A stretch of 64,000 nt of DNA from Octopus bimaculoides (lineage: Eukaryota), in contig NC_068985.1 of assembly GCF_001194135.2 (NCBI RefSeq), forward strand, positions 29,341,197-29,405,196, given 5' to 3'. Under the pieces are notes generated by a model, which had not been told where the DNA came from, searched no databases, and worked only from the letters and a program-made list of their open reading frames with translations. Shown here piece by piece: positions 40,241-53,189 of the stretch. Every line of letters starts with the position of its first letter. Position 1 is the first letter of the stretch. The translations under genes were made by a program, and so were the position numbers.

Positions 40241-41796
40241 CTGAAACACAAAGCGGGTAAGGGATAAGGAAACCAAATGATATTTTAGTTGCAGGAGCAA
40301 AACAAAACAAAAAAAAAAACAAAAAAAAATAGAGATGCAGGAAAGATTAAATCACTACAAAGGAACAAAAGCACAAAAAGAATAAAAATACTCCTCTCCA
40401 ACCCCTGTCTTTTTAATCAAAAGAGAAAGTTTTTGAGGGAAAAAAAAAATAAATACAAATCATTTCTGCAAAAGGATTATGCATGTTTAAGGTGTAAGGA
40501 AACAACTGCATGGAGAACATGGCAGTTTCAAAACTGTAATGTTATTAAATTTTAATACAGTTTCCACAAAAGAGAAAAAAAAAAAAAAAATTAATTAGTA
40601 TTTCTAAGGTACCATAGAGTTAATACAAATATATACACCAGTGGTCTTGACCTTTATAAAGCACTCAACATTTTATTGCAAGTCATCATTTCTATGTCAG
40701 CATCTATAATTAATTATCTTCAAAGCAATTACTAACAATTGTAGGAATACACCCACATATTTCAATGACATATGCAGTAAGTCTTAATTTAAATGTGCAA
40801 AAAAAATATATTATTCTCGGCCTTGATTATCATCTATTAATTTGCTTTCAACCTTACTGCAAGCCTAGTGTTTATCATGTCCCTCTTCCCCTTTCTTGGC
40901 TATCATAAATTCTTTTCAGACATCACATCATCACATGATTTCCATATAAATGAGAGGTGGGTAAGGGACAATATACTTAAGTAAGGCTAAGTTATAGCTC
41001 TTTGTCAGAAAATGACATGTGGTGATAAAATTACATAGTTTTTGACCCTTCACAGAAACAAGAAAAGCAAAGACTGCATCTTAGTAAATGAAATACACAG
41101 AACCATTTTTAACCTAAGAAAAAATTGCAACACATGAAACAAAAGTGTAAATATCAAATGTTACACATTATACAAAATATTTTAGGTTCTTTTTTTTATA
41201 TCTTTTCACGAAGCAAACTTTGATTTGATAGGAATACTCTGTTTATAATGATGTGACATAGTTTTATAACATTTGTGGCAGAGTGAAATTCTGAACATCG
41301 TGTGATAATAAGACTATTATGAATAGTCATACCATCAACATTATCATTATGCATCTGTTTTCCATGCTGATATGAGTTGGATGGTTGGACAGGATCAGAC
41401 GAGTAGGAGAGTCACATCCTGCTCCAGTGTTTTAGTTTTGACGTAGATCCTACAACTTTCTTAACACCAACCATTTAACAGTAATACTTGCTGCATATTT
41501 TCATGATGGCCCTCAGCAAGACTAAACAGGCCCCTCCAGCCCAGTATTGTTGCTTCTCAGTTCACGCACATATATCAGGCCTCAAAATCAGAATTACTAC
41601 TAATCCATCAAAGACAATTTTTTAGATATTTTTTCCCTAGACTGAAACTCCCCTTCTTATAAACTGTATCAAAAGCCAAACAAGAAACTCTCTTACAAAC
41701 ATAAACAGTCCTGTCACTCCCTATATTGTTTAGAACCTGAGAGCTAACATTAGCAATAGCATACCAAATCTCTTTTTTTCTAAAGAAATATTGGTT

Positions 41797-42212
41797 AAGG
41801 CGCGGGAGTGGCTGTGTGGTGTGTAGCTTGCTTACCAACCACATGGTTCTGGGTTCATTCCCACTGCGTGGCACCTTAGGAAAGTGTCATCTACCATAGC
41901 CTCGGGCTGACCAAAGCCTTGTGAGTGGATTTGGTAGACGGAAACTGAAAGAAGCCCGTCGTATATATGTATATATATATGTATATGTGTGTGTATATGT
42001 TTGTGTCTGTGTTTGTCCCTCCAACATCGCTTGACAACCGATGGTGGTGTGTTTATGTCCCCGTAACTTAGCGGTTCAGCAAAAGAGGCCGATAGAATAA
42101 GTACTAGGCTTCCAAAGAATAAGACCTGCCTGGGTCAATTTGCTCAACTGAAGGCGGTGCTCCAGCATGGCCTCAGTCAAATGACTGAAACAAGTAAAAG
42201 AGTAAAAGAGTA
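41797..42212 (+). mobile_element. tRNA-headed SINE, family A (internal TA/TG microsatellite, (AAAAGAGT)n tail), full length
   Basis: Box A/B-like head ggctgtgtgg...ggttctgggttca, body ccaaagccttgtgagtggatttggtagacggaaactg, tail gactgaaacaagtaaaagagtaaaagag. Confidence 0.88.
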
Positions 42213-42699
42213 AGGTGGTCTACCTACAATAACAATGCCTTGGCTAACAGTGACTTCAAGGATAAGATATATTACAACCCTTCAAGTAAAAATATGAATC
42301 ATAAAAATAGACCAAGGAAAATAATTTGTTTTGCTCCTCTTTTCACCCTACATGTTAAGATTAAGAAAGGCATGAAATTACTGTCTCTTTTATATAATCA
42401 TTTCTCAATAAATCACAAATACAACAAGATTTTTAATAGATGCTCAATTATAATATCATACAGCTGTTGCCCCAATATGAAGAACATTATAACTTGCAAA
42501 CATCACCAAGTTGTACCTGGCTGTCTGCCAAATTTCAAAACAAGTAGGCATCTGTAAAAGTTTGTGCCATAAATTCTAAAAGAAAAATCGAAAATACATT
42601 TTGTTGCCACAAAATTTGTGCTGTATATGCTGAAAGATGAATGAAAATAGGAATAAGTGATCATCAGTCAGGTGTTGTTTGATTAATTATCTGAATACT

Positions 42700-43425
42700 G
42701 ATAAAAACTCTCTAAAAATGGGTGTAACACTTTGATGCTGAAACAAAAAGACCATCACCACTGTGGGTTGGATCATGGTTGCTACAAAATAATAATAATT
42801 AAAAAAAGCCTATCAGACACACTCAAATGTGATAGTGATGTTGATCATCTTATCTGATTAAAAGGGTTTCGTCTATATTGAATTTGCTCTATGTGGTCAA
42901 ACAATCAATAAAGAGTTTTACTTGGGGGTCTTGGAGTGTTTCAAAGAAGCAGTGTGAAGGAAGTGGCAAGAGTCACAAATGTAATAAAACCTAAATACTG
43001 TACATAACAATGCACCTGCTTATCTTAACCACAACTTTTGGCAAAACACAAGATGATTCTTGTCTTCCAGTTGCCCTACTCAACAAATTTGACACCTGCA
43101 GTTTTTTTGTTTTTTATGTTTTTAGCTCTCAAAGAACTTCTTGAAATCAGCTGAGAACAGTTGTTGACATCAGACATTCGAGATCGATGAAAATTAAATT
43201 CACTACAAGAACTGCACACTTCTTGCAAGCACATGTTCCAGAACGCATTTCAGNNNNNNNNNNNNNNNNNNNNNNNNNNNNNNNNNNNNNNNNNNNNNNN
43301 NNNNNNNNNNNNNNNNNNNNNNNNNNNNNNNNNNNNNNNNNNNNNNNNNNNNNNNNGGGGGGGGGGGAGAGTGTTGAGAACAATGTATCAACAGGGGAGG
43401 GAACTATTTTGAAGGTGATGAGTTA
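42700..43425 (+). mobile_element. Mariner transposase remnant (contains a gap)
   Basis: Fragmented frames give HFDAETK, KGFVYIEF..GQTINKEFYLGVL, NNAPA, PYSTNLTPA and EQCINRGGNYFEGD, matching the mariner HDNA / YSPDLAP / GDYFE motifs. Confidence 0.78.
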
Positions 43426-45089
43426 ATTAAACAATAACTTCCATTTTTTTTTTCTTAACAAAGAAAAAAAAAAGACGAGTTTTGTTTTGTACAGATCTTG
43501 TTACATATAACAGACACAACATCCAAGTTGAAACTATCTGTAACAAATAAACAATTGCTACTTTTTCAATTCTGAACTGATGATATCTTACAAAGGAAAA
43601 CAATAATTGCTTTTTTTGTTTGGTGTCTTATTGCGCTTGCTTTAAATGACATCGTTTACTGTGCTTTTCACAAATAAACATCTAATGTCTCAATTTATTG
43701 AAAAATATTCAACAAAATGAAATGACTTATCTCATGGACAGATTTTATCTAACTCAAAATTCTATAAGTATCTGCAACTATCACCAAGTCCTAAACCATG
43801 TGTAACTTAAATTCAAATAGTGCTGTTGTTTGGAACTAAAAACTGGATCTAAGCACCCTTTGGGACAACAAAGTTTAGCCTCATTTTAGAAAGAACTTCT
43901 TGTCAAAAGAATTTTTTGCTTGCACCATGTATGTTTAGTTATTTTAATTTTTGTGTGTTATTTATTTTATTTTTGTGTGTTTTTTTCTCAAATGAATTTC
44001 TCCAAATTTTTTCTTCCTTCAATTTTGGTGCATAATAGCAGTTAATACAACAAGCAGCGAGTTAGAATTTGGTGATATTATTTAGTAATGATTTTATTAT
44101 TATTTATTATTTTATTATTATTTATTATTTTATAATTATTTATTCAATTAGAGAAAGAAATATTTCAGTATCATCAATAACACCAGTGATATCAATTCTG
44201 AGCAGGAGTGGAGTTATTACATAGTTAATATTGCATCAATGCTTTCATTTGTGCATAGTAATGACTTAACAAAAGAAATCATTTATTTACCAAAATATTT
44301 TAAAAGTAAGATCACAGAATATTGGTAGGTTTACAAGAAGAGCATAATTATTCTAAGAATAAATTACAAAAACTTGTTGGGCCTTACAGAACCGTTGACT
44401 GTAAGAGATTAAGGCATATCTTGGAATACTTTTTTCTAATGGGAGTTGTATAGCTTCCAGCTTACAGAAACTAACTGGAGCAGAAATCCAGCTGAGACAG
44501 GAAATCAATATTTTGTAAACATGTGAAAAGACCAACAAGTAATTAATTTGCCTGTATGCAATCTACCTGGGCAGTTGAAAGTTGTATGATAACAGGTAAA
44601 AACTACACTTATAATGTACTGACAATCAACATACTGCATCAGTAAATTTCATCCAAATTCATACTATAGTTATATTTTTATGATTTTTAAACTGGACTAA
44701 AACTATTTCATTAAAATTCCTAGTTTCAAACAGGTTGGAAAGTTTATATACATGAAAGCACTTCAGGACTTTTAAGAGTCAAACGTAGTCAAGGGTACAG
44801 ATAATCCAAGAGAAGAATAACCGAAAAATAAGATTAAAAAAATAAAGAAACAGGTTGCAGAGAAAATCTGTACAAAATGTAGGCATGACTGCAATGAGAG
44901 GCTACTGTAATTAATCATGGCCCTAATTAAGAATATGCATCTAAAACATAACTATATACACAGTTTGTACTGTGAATCCAACTTGACAAGGATATTTAAG
45001 ACTGCTTTTTGATAAAATCTTTGGTCCCGAATCTTTCCTCAATTACTTAATTGTGTTCTTTGTGTTTTTTATAGAGGGACATCTTTTAA

Positions 45090-45672
45090 GTTGAGATATT
45101 GATGGTCAGTGGATAGCAGCTATGATAGAGACTGCTGTGACTTATACAGGAAGAAACTTGAGAGCACTGTTATTCACCTTGGAAACTGTAATATAGAAGA
45201 TTTAATATCAAGGTGGCTAAAGTACAGAACAATCTTGTAGATTACAAATACTGAATACAGTTGCAATATCTTGACAGGAAAATAGAATACATTACTGAAA
45301 TCCACAACATAACACTAATTGATATTGAAAACTAAATTGTCTCCATGAGAGTGGAATCTCTCATATCAATTGTTCTGAAGTTGATGGTTTAACAGCAGAA
45401 CTATTAAAAGAAACTTCCTATAATACAAAAGACTTCTCAAGACACGTTAGCAAAAATGAAACTAAATTGCTGTCTGAACAAAAGTTATTTTACAATGCCA
45501 TACTTGAGAGGCTTTTGTTTCTTGATGTTCCAGCAAAGAATTGGCAAAACATTTGTCATTAAACTGCTGTTTGCCACATGGAAACAACAGAAAGAAAAAT
45601 AACTTTGACTGATGCTACTTCAGGTATTATTGCTACTTTACTTCCAGAAAGAACAGCCCATTCTAATTTACT
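45090..45672 (+). mobile_element. Helitron RepHel (PIF1-like helicase) remnant
   Basis: Frameshifted FLDVPA..GKTFVIKLL...ATSGIIATLLPERTAHS matches the Helitron FLDAPGGTGKTF / ASSGIAATLLPGGRTAHS motifs. Upstream DGQWIAAMIETAV resembles the linker. Confidence 0.68.
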
Positions 45673-47110
45673 CTGCTATTCACAAAAGGATTCTCTTTGC
45701 AAGGGAAAAGTAGATGGTATGATGCTTCTGTTTGAGATGAGGTACAGTACAATAGAGAAAATATGAGCAGTGAATACACAGAAATTGCAAAGGTTGGGGT
45801 AAAAAATGAGGCATGCATGCTCTATTGGATATGTAATGTTAATATTCATGAATGACCAAGCACAAATGAACTGAGAGAAAAACTGGATACAAGTGGAGTC
45901 AGATATGGCATGCAGGAAAGGGAACTGTGCTGAAACAGATGTGTAATATGTATGAATGATGACAGTTTGTTCAAGAAGTGTCAAGTAACCTATGCGGAAA
46001 GAATCTGTGGAAAAAAGAAGACAGAGGAAGACATGAGAAAAAAGTGGTGAGGGATGACCTCAGGAGGCTGAACCTTACCACAGAGATAGCAAAGGACTTC
46101 AACAAGGGGCAAGGAGACCAGTCGACTCATATAAGCATGGAAAAATATACAAAAAATTATGATATACACATATATGTGTATATCATTCTTTTTACTTTTA
46201 CTTAATGTGTTGTTACTTGCAAATTGATTTTACAAAGTAACGAGAACTTGATACCTTAAGTAAGGGAAATGAGTTTTATTTATTTATTTGAGCAGTTTTA
46301 CATCTAATTAATTCAGAATTTAGAAGTAGTAAAAAGAAATCTGACACAGTTGGCTTATACTGTACTAAAAGGATGTTGTGTGGTGAGTTTCTTGTTACCT
46401 ACATCCCAGATAGCAGTTGACAAACTTGTGATGCAGTAACAATCTACATCCAGCATCTGAATCTTGTTCAAATGTCCTATTGCAGTTTTCAAAATAAATT
46501 TAATCTGATGGTGAAACTTGCTAGTCAAACTGTTATTTTATTAATTAAAATATTTGTCATCTTTGATGAGAGGTTACAAATAGTTTAGCCATTAATGTAT
46601 TTACAACTATATACTAAAATTAGTCTTGATGTTTGAGAATTGGTGTTACTCTCCTTTAATTGTCATACATATCTTGATAAATCAGGTTCATTCCTCTTAT
46701 TTGCATATTCATAAGTGGGTTTGTGATTTGTGCAAGGACTCTTGAAGGATCCTTCACACATGACAATGTAGTATTTAGTACACAACAGATTGTGAAAGAG
46801 AGAACAGGATGTTCAGCTGGTAAATTATCATTTCTGCATTACATTTATGATTCTGGACACATAACACACCAAATTTACAAAGCAAAGTTCCAATTTAATT
46901 GGAAGGTGTAGGGCCATTTGCATGATCACTTAACTGCATATTACTGATGTACAGTTAGTGCATGCATACTGAAGTAGAGAGAGAGGGAGCATACTTTCTG
47001 TTATATAAAATACAATGAGAAATAGGTTTTTGCACATTTGTACATTCATTGGTTTCTTGTCCATTTGCCTATCAGTATATTCATTTGATTTTGCTCATTT
47101 GACAGTGAAA

Positions 47111-47516
47111 GAGACCCTAGATTGTCAATTTTGAGAGATGAGACGTGGGAATCAAGGTTTTCAATTTTGGTCTTTGGGGTGGGAGAACACAATTTATCAA
47201 ATTTGGTGTCAGTGTGGCACATCTTCTAAGGTGTCAATTCTGTAGAGGAAGGAATCCTAGGCTGACAGTCTTTTTTGGTGGAGATCCTAGGTTAAGAAAT
47301 GAGGAATTCTAAAATGTCAATTTCAGTAAAGGAGGGGATCTTAGGTTACCAATTTCAGTGAAGATGTTAGCACAACCTGGCTTATCAATCTTGGTGGCAA
47401 GGATGAGAAATCCTACATTGTCAGTTTTGGTTGAGTGGGTAGGAGATCACAGATGGTACATTTTGATGGACAAAGTGGAAGATCCAAGATGGCCCATTTT
47501 GATGGTGAAAGTAGAA
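47111..47516. repeat. Degenerate ~36-bp tandem array (about 11-12 units)
   Basis: Recurring gatcctagg.tgtcaattttggtg-like units. The anchors at 47349, 47385, 47421, 47457 and 47493 are spaced exactly 36 bp apart. Confidence 0.7.
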
Positions 47517-47652
47517 GTGTGGCAAACATTCTTTAGGAGGGATTTTTGCCTAACATGCAAATATTCTCGCAATTCCAGAGAGAAATTTTGCCTGCTGCAC
47601 TAATTGTTTACAAATTTCATTGAACTAAATATGGGAAAATTTTTCTAAATAC

Positions 47653-47688
<36 letters not shown>

Positions 47689-48164
47689 NNNNNNNNNNNN
47701 NNNNNNNNNNNNNNNNNNNNNNNNNNNNNNNNNNNNNNNNNNNNNNNNNNNNNNNNNNNNNNNNNNNNNNNNNNNNNNNNNNNNNNNNNNNNNNNNNNNN
47801 NNNNNNNNNNNNNNNNNNNNNNNNNNNNNNNNNNNNNNNNNNNNNNNNNNNNNNNNNNNNNNNNNNNNNNNNNNNNNNNNNNNNNNNNNNNNNNNNNNNN
47901 NNNNNNNNNNNNNNNNNNNNNNNNNNNNNNNNNNNNNNNNNNNNNNNNNNNNNNNNNNNNNNNNNNNNNNNNNNNNNNNNNNNNNNNNNNNNNNNNNNNN
48001 NNNNNNNNNNNNNNNNNNNNNNNNNNNNNNNNNNNNNNNNNNNNNNNNNNNNNNNNNNNNNNNNNNNNNNNNNNNNNNNNNNNNNNNNNNNNNNNNNNNN
48101 NNNNNNNNNNNNNNNNNNNNNNNNNNNNNNNNNNNNNNNTATATATATATATATATACACACAC

Positions 48165-48212
<48 letters not shown>

Positions 48213-49231
48213 TCCCCCTCCCTCTCTATCTATATGACTTCTCCCTCTGTCTACCACAATCTCTCTTACCTACTCATTCATTGACTTCTTGCTTCAAGGG
48301 AAAAAAACACACTACTGTCATTCTTTTTCATCATTGATTATCATTATCAATGCAAGCTAAGTAAATATTCTGATTTGCTAAGTCAGTTGTTGTAACTAAC
48401 CAATTAGCCCTTTCAACTATCTTCTGCCTCTACTTTAGTTCTCTTTGATTCACACCAAAGTACTTTTTGCTCCCAAACTTTATTCCCATGAACTAAATAA
48501 AATCTAATTTCTTCAAAGAAATTTTCACTGTGGCAATTTATTCTCCACTATAACCCAGTGTATGCTTTCTCTTCAATCTCAGTCTCTTTCCCCGTTCTCC
48601 TTCACCCTCTCCCATCTCTACCTTCCAATATCTTTCCCACTCGTACACTTTCATTGCTTCAAGGAAACAACATGCTGCTATCAGTTTTGTTGTTCATTAT
48701 CATTATTAATGCAATGCAAGCTAAGTGAAAATTACAATCCACATGTTGTCTTATGACTGCTATTTTAAGCTCTCTTCAATACACACTCAAATTTTAACCA
48801 TAGTTTCTTCTTACTGATCTGCTCACCTGTCCTACCCTACTATCATGCTCTCCCTTGGCAACTAGCGCTACAAAAGTAACTTCATTCTGATATCCCTTAC
48901 ACAATCTCTTCATTGACATACAAGTACGAAGTTCCTATATGCATGCACCCATGCACATGAACCCTCTCTCCACATGTACTGAAACATTGCCACATATCCC
49001 TATAGCTATGTGTGTGCACATGTGTAGTACATACGTTTATGCCATATATATAGGTAATCTTCATCATCATCATCTATTAACATTTTCTTACCATCTTGGT
49101 GTGGGTAGGACAATTTGTCAGGGAACCAGAAAGCTGTAGGACTGCATCAAGTTCCAATGTCATTTTTGGCATGGTTTCTACAGCTGGATGCCCTTCCTAA
49201 TGCCAACCACTTAACAGAAGATATTTATTCT

Positions 49232-49468
49232 TAAGGTGGCAAGCTGCAGAAACGTTAGCACGCCAGGCAAAATGCTTAGCAGTATTTCGTCTGCCGTTAC
49301 ATTCTGAGTTCAAATTCCGCCGAGGTCAACTTTGCCTTTCATCCTCTCGGGGTCGATAAATTAAGTACCAGTTACGCACTGGGGTCGATGTAATCGACTT
49401 AATCCCTTTGTCTGTCCTTGTTTGTCCCCTCTATGTTTAGCCCTTTGTGAGCAATAAAGAAATAAGAA
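49232..49468 (+). mobile_element. SINE family B, young copy nested in an old RTE 3' UTR
   Basis: Aligns with 24213-24445. RTE tail sequence is present on both sides. Confidence 0.85.
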
Positions 49469-50439
49469 TATATTGGATGTTTTTCTTTTTGATGTCACTG
49501 GCACTACCACTTTGTAGAGTGTACTGAGTGCTTTTCCCATGCCACTGGCACTAGTGAGGTTGCCATGTAACTTGCAATACAGAAAAGATCAGAAGAGAAG
49601 AAAGAAAGGAAGGAAAAAGCTTCCACTACTAAGAATTATTTGGGAGATAAACTGTATGCCAGGTGTTGAAAGGCTGAAGTACAATAGACAAGCACAGGTG
49701 TCTTGATATAGAGGAGATATATGGCTGAAGGAGACGAGAGGAGGGTGGTGATGGGATACTAGAGTAAACTCACAAGGAACAAGTTAAGTGAACATAAGAC
49801 AAGATGAGGATGGTGGATCATAGGTGGGAATATGATAGTGGATGCTTTCATAAGAGTGTCGGAGTGGGAGTAAACAGGTGTGGGTAGAGCTTAGTGTAGT
49901 GAGTGAAAAACAAGGATGGGGGTTCAGATGATGGGAAATACCTGTGTACTGAGGGGTGGAGGAGGGAGATATAGGAGTGACTCAGAAAGTAATAGAATGA
50001 TGTGCAAGGTGTAGGTGTTGTGGAGGGGGAGAGATAGGGATACATAAGAAGCTATAGTAGGTAGGTTATGATGGTAGAGGGTATTGAGGATGATAGCAGA
50101 TAAGAGAGGTATTTAGAATGGAGTATTGCAGAGGGGAAAAAGAGCAGTAGCTGATGGCTACTGATTGATTGAAATGGTGTGGGTAAGAATGATGAAGAAT
50201 GGAAGTGGTTCATGAAGTGGGGTGGGATGATTTTAATGAACATGTTGGACAATACCAGAATCACTTCCCTGACATTCAAGGAGTTTATGAGTATGGTACA
50301 TAAGATGAGCAGGGATCAAGGCTGCTGTAGTTTTGTGACACAAATGGCCTAATCATCTGCAATTAAAATCCAGGAAACTGACCAGTGATCTAATCACCTT
50401 AATATATTTGGTGAAGAAAGACAGATGGTTGTAAATGCC

Positions 50440-51950
50440 AAGTCCCGTTTTGGTCAAGAACGTACCACCTAACATAGATTAGAGATTAATGACATCAAAG
50501 TAAAACTAGACAGATTCATAGACAAAAGGCAATTTTGAGACAGAAGACATGAAAGAAAAGAGCTCACAATTAAGCAAAATTCTCATGGAGGCTTGTAACA
50601 GTAAAAAAGGAAGAGCTAAAGACTTAAAAATGTAGAGAAAAACTGGAAGTTGCTACAGAACAATTTGTTGAGGGCTACTGACTAAATCTGTGGCTGTTGT
50701 AAGGTTCCAGCCACACAAGAATGGTGATGTAGACAGAGCCATAAAAGCCGAGATGAGCCAGGGAAAGCTGAAAGAAAGGAAACAGCAGAGAGCGAATAGC
50801 TAGAACAGAATCTAGGTATTAGGTATACTAAGCTTGGGGAAAAGCAGAATGAAGAGAAGCAGTATGAAGATCAGAGGTGTGAGGTGTTCTGGATTGCAAG
50901 GGTATGTGCTAGAGAAAATTGAGAAGCCTGTGGAGAGAAGTATATTTGGTATGATAATGGTAGATGAGTCTTCACTGATAATGAAGAGAAAGAGGCATGG
51001 AATTGTTACTATGAATGATAACTAAATGAAGAGGATGCATGGAAAAGAGAGGACCTGCCACAAATAGACCCAAGAGATGACCTACCACAAATAGTGGTTA
51101 CTAATGCTTTGAAAGCAGGGAAGAGCTGGATCATGGAGCATAACTACTGAGATGCTGAACATATCTGATGAGGTAGGTCACATGCAAGTCACAAACATTG
51201 TCACTAAGGTAGTGCAGAATGGTACCATACTTAATGACTAGCATAGTATTATCAACATTAACTGCCACTTGGACAAAGGAAATACAATGCAAAAAGAAAA
51301 TTATGGTTGATGGACCAGGCTATGAAAGTTACTGAAAGAGTGATAGCACAACTTATCAGAAGCAGAATTAGTCGAGATGAGATATAGTTCAGTTTTGTAT
51401 CAGGTGGTGATACAACTGATATCCTCTTCCAAAGGAAAGAAGTACTTGGATAAGATAAACTGCTATAACATTTCATTCATTAACTAGGTGAAGGCCTACA
51501 GCAGACCTACAAGCTCTGTAATCTGGTAGTCATTATGAAACCCAAGGTTAGGCAAATGGATGTTGATGGCTGTGTAAATCATGTACAAAAACAGATAGAG
51601 TATGCAAGTAGATATCTACAATGGTTCAGTCTTGTTTATTATAGTCCTTCTGGTCAAAAGAAAAGATTTTAAGATCAGCTGTCCATAGGAACTGTTATAT
51701 ACCAATGACTATGTTTTTATATCTGAACTGGTCAAAGATTTCCAGAAGGAATCCTAGACATGGAAGTAAAACCTAAGACTAAGAGGCCTCAAAGTAAGCA
51801 ATGTGTCAGGCTGACTTTGTACTATGCCAAATTAACAAACAGGTCAACTTTGATCAATTGCTGTTCCACTATAATTTTCAGGTTCATCCAAAGTACTGCT
51901 CACATATTGACAATAGTGTTGCTACAATGCACAAAGAAAAATATTGTAAA
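50440..51950 (+). mobile_element. Highly decayed RTE LINE (pre-RT and RT region)
   Basis: Patchy similarity to the copy at 22315 (e.g. gatgagatatagttcagttttgtatcagg...caactgat; cttgtttattatagtccttc). No intact frame. Confidence 0.55.
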
Positions 51951-53189
51951 CATTATCTAAATGAAGTCTATACGGCTGACTGGCAGAGACTCACTAATGT
52001 ATGCACTATTTATTCTTTTTTTTTTCTTTCAGTCACAACAATAGTTTTTACTCCTCTGATATCAATTCTGCCCAGACCCACTCAAAGTACACATTTACCT
52101 CGTCTCTTCTCGTCACCCTATTGTTTCACTCTACCAAACACAATAATACCATTCCCAATCAACTCTCCCCGCAAAATGCTGCCTTCTACTCTCTTCACTT
52201 TTCCTACAGAACTTCAAGTTAAATATCAACTAGGAAAGTTTCTAAAGAATATAGGTGCTGTTCTTCTTCCCTTGATTAAGTGCCAAAAAACAAAAGAAAG
52301 GAAAAAAAAACCACATCTAATTTGTAAAATGGAGATTATCTAAAGTTCAGATATTTCTTACATTATAACTGCAATTAGAAATCATAAGCTACATGAAAGA
52401 ATGAATTTCTTATTAATTGAATAGGTTTCCAAAAGCATTTGTGTCTACATTTTACATACTCTCTCTTACATGGTTTCTCTCTCTCTCTCTCTCCCCATCA
52501 CCATAGCATTTTTTTCTTAATTCTTCATACCAAGGAGATGTTTCTTTGGTAACAATAGAAATCTAATACCGTAATTGCTTCCTTTGTGGCAGTGAAAATC
52601 CTCATATCAACATGTTATGTTAATGTATCATATCAACATTCCATGCAAACACTGACAAAGTTAACAGGTTTCATTTTTAATTTACTCATAAACCATCTGG
52701 TAGTGGCATGATAAACTATTTATAGCATATAATATAAATAGTTTGATTAAATTAATAAATATCAACATTAGCTACAGAAGCAGTACAACAATGATTCTAA
52801 ATGTTAATAGGAGTAAACCAACAAGTGAAATGGATGCTCTTCTGTCAATTCTGTAATAGAATATAAGCATTCAAAAACAATCAGTTTGGAGAGAATTAAA
52901 AATTCAGATCATGATAAACAAAACTGCAGGATAACCTTTAACAATGGTGGTATTTATATTTTCTAATGGTCAGTAAATCAATGTAGCTGTGACAAGTTAT
53001 ACCAACCATTAGGTTATAATCACTTGTTACAAAAACTGACATAGGATATTAAGCTTTGAATAGAATAAAATCTACATACAATATCAAGCTTTGATTTTGA
53101 CAACAAAAAAATAATGCATAGAAATCATACACACAGAAGATAAATGTGACAAATAAACTCAGAACAATGAATATAACTGAGACAACCAT

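Noticed and set aside
40241-40322. Open frame extending 5' of exon B
   Set aside because: It starts at TTG rather than ATG, reads through the polypyrimidine tract, and the canonical acceptor already gives the correct homologous junction.
47111-47516. CRISPR-like appearance of the 36-bp array
   Set aside because: The context is a eukaryotic intron, the repeats are not identical, there are no spacer-length unique segments and there are no cas genes.
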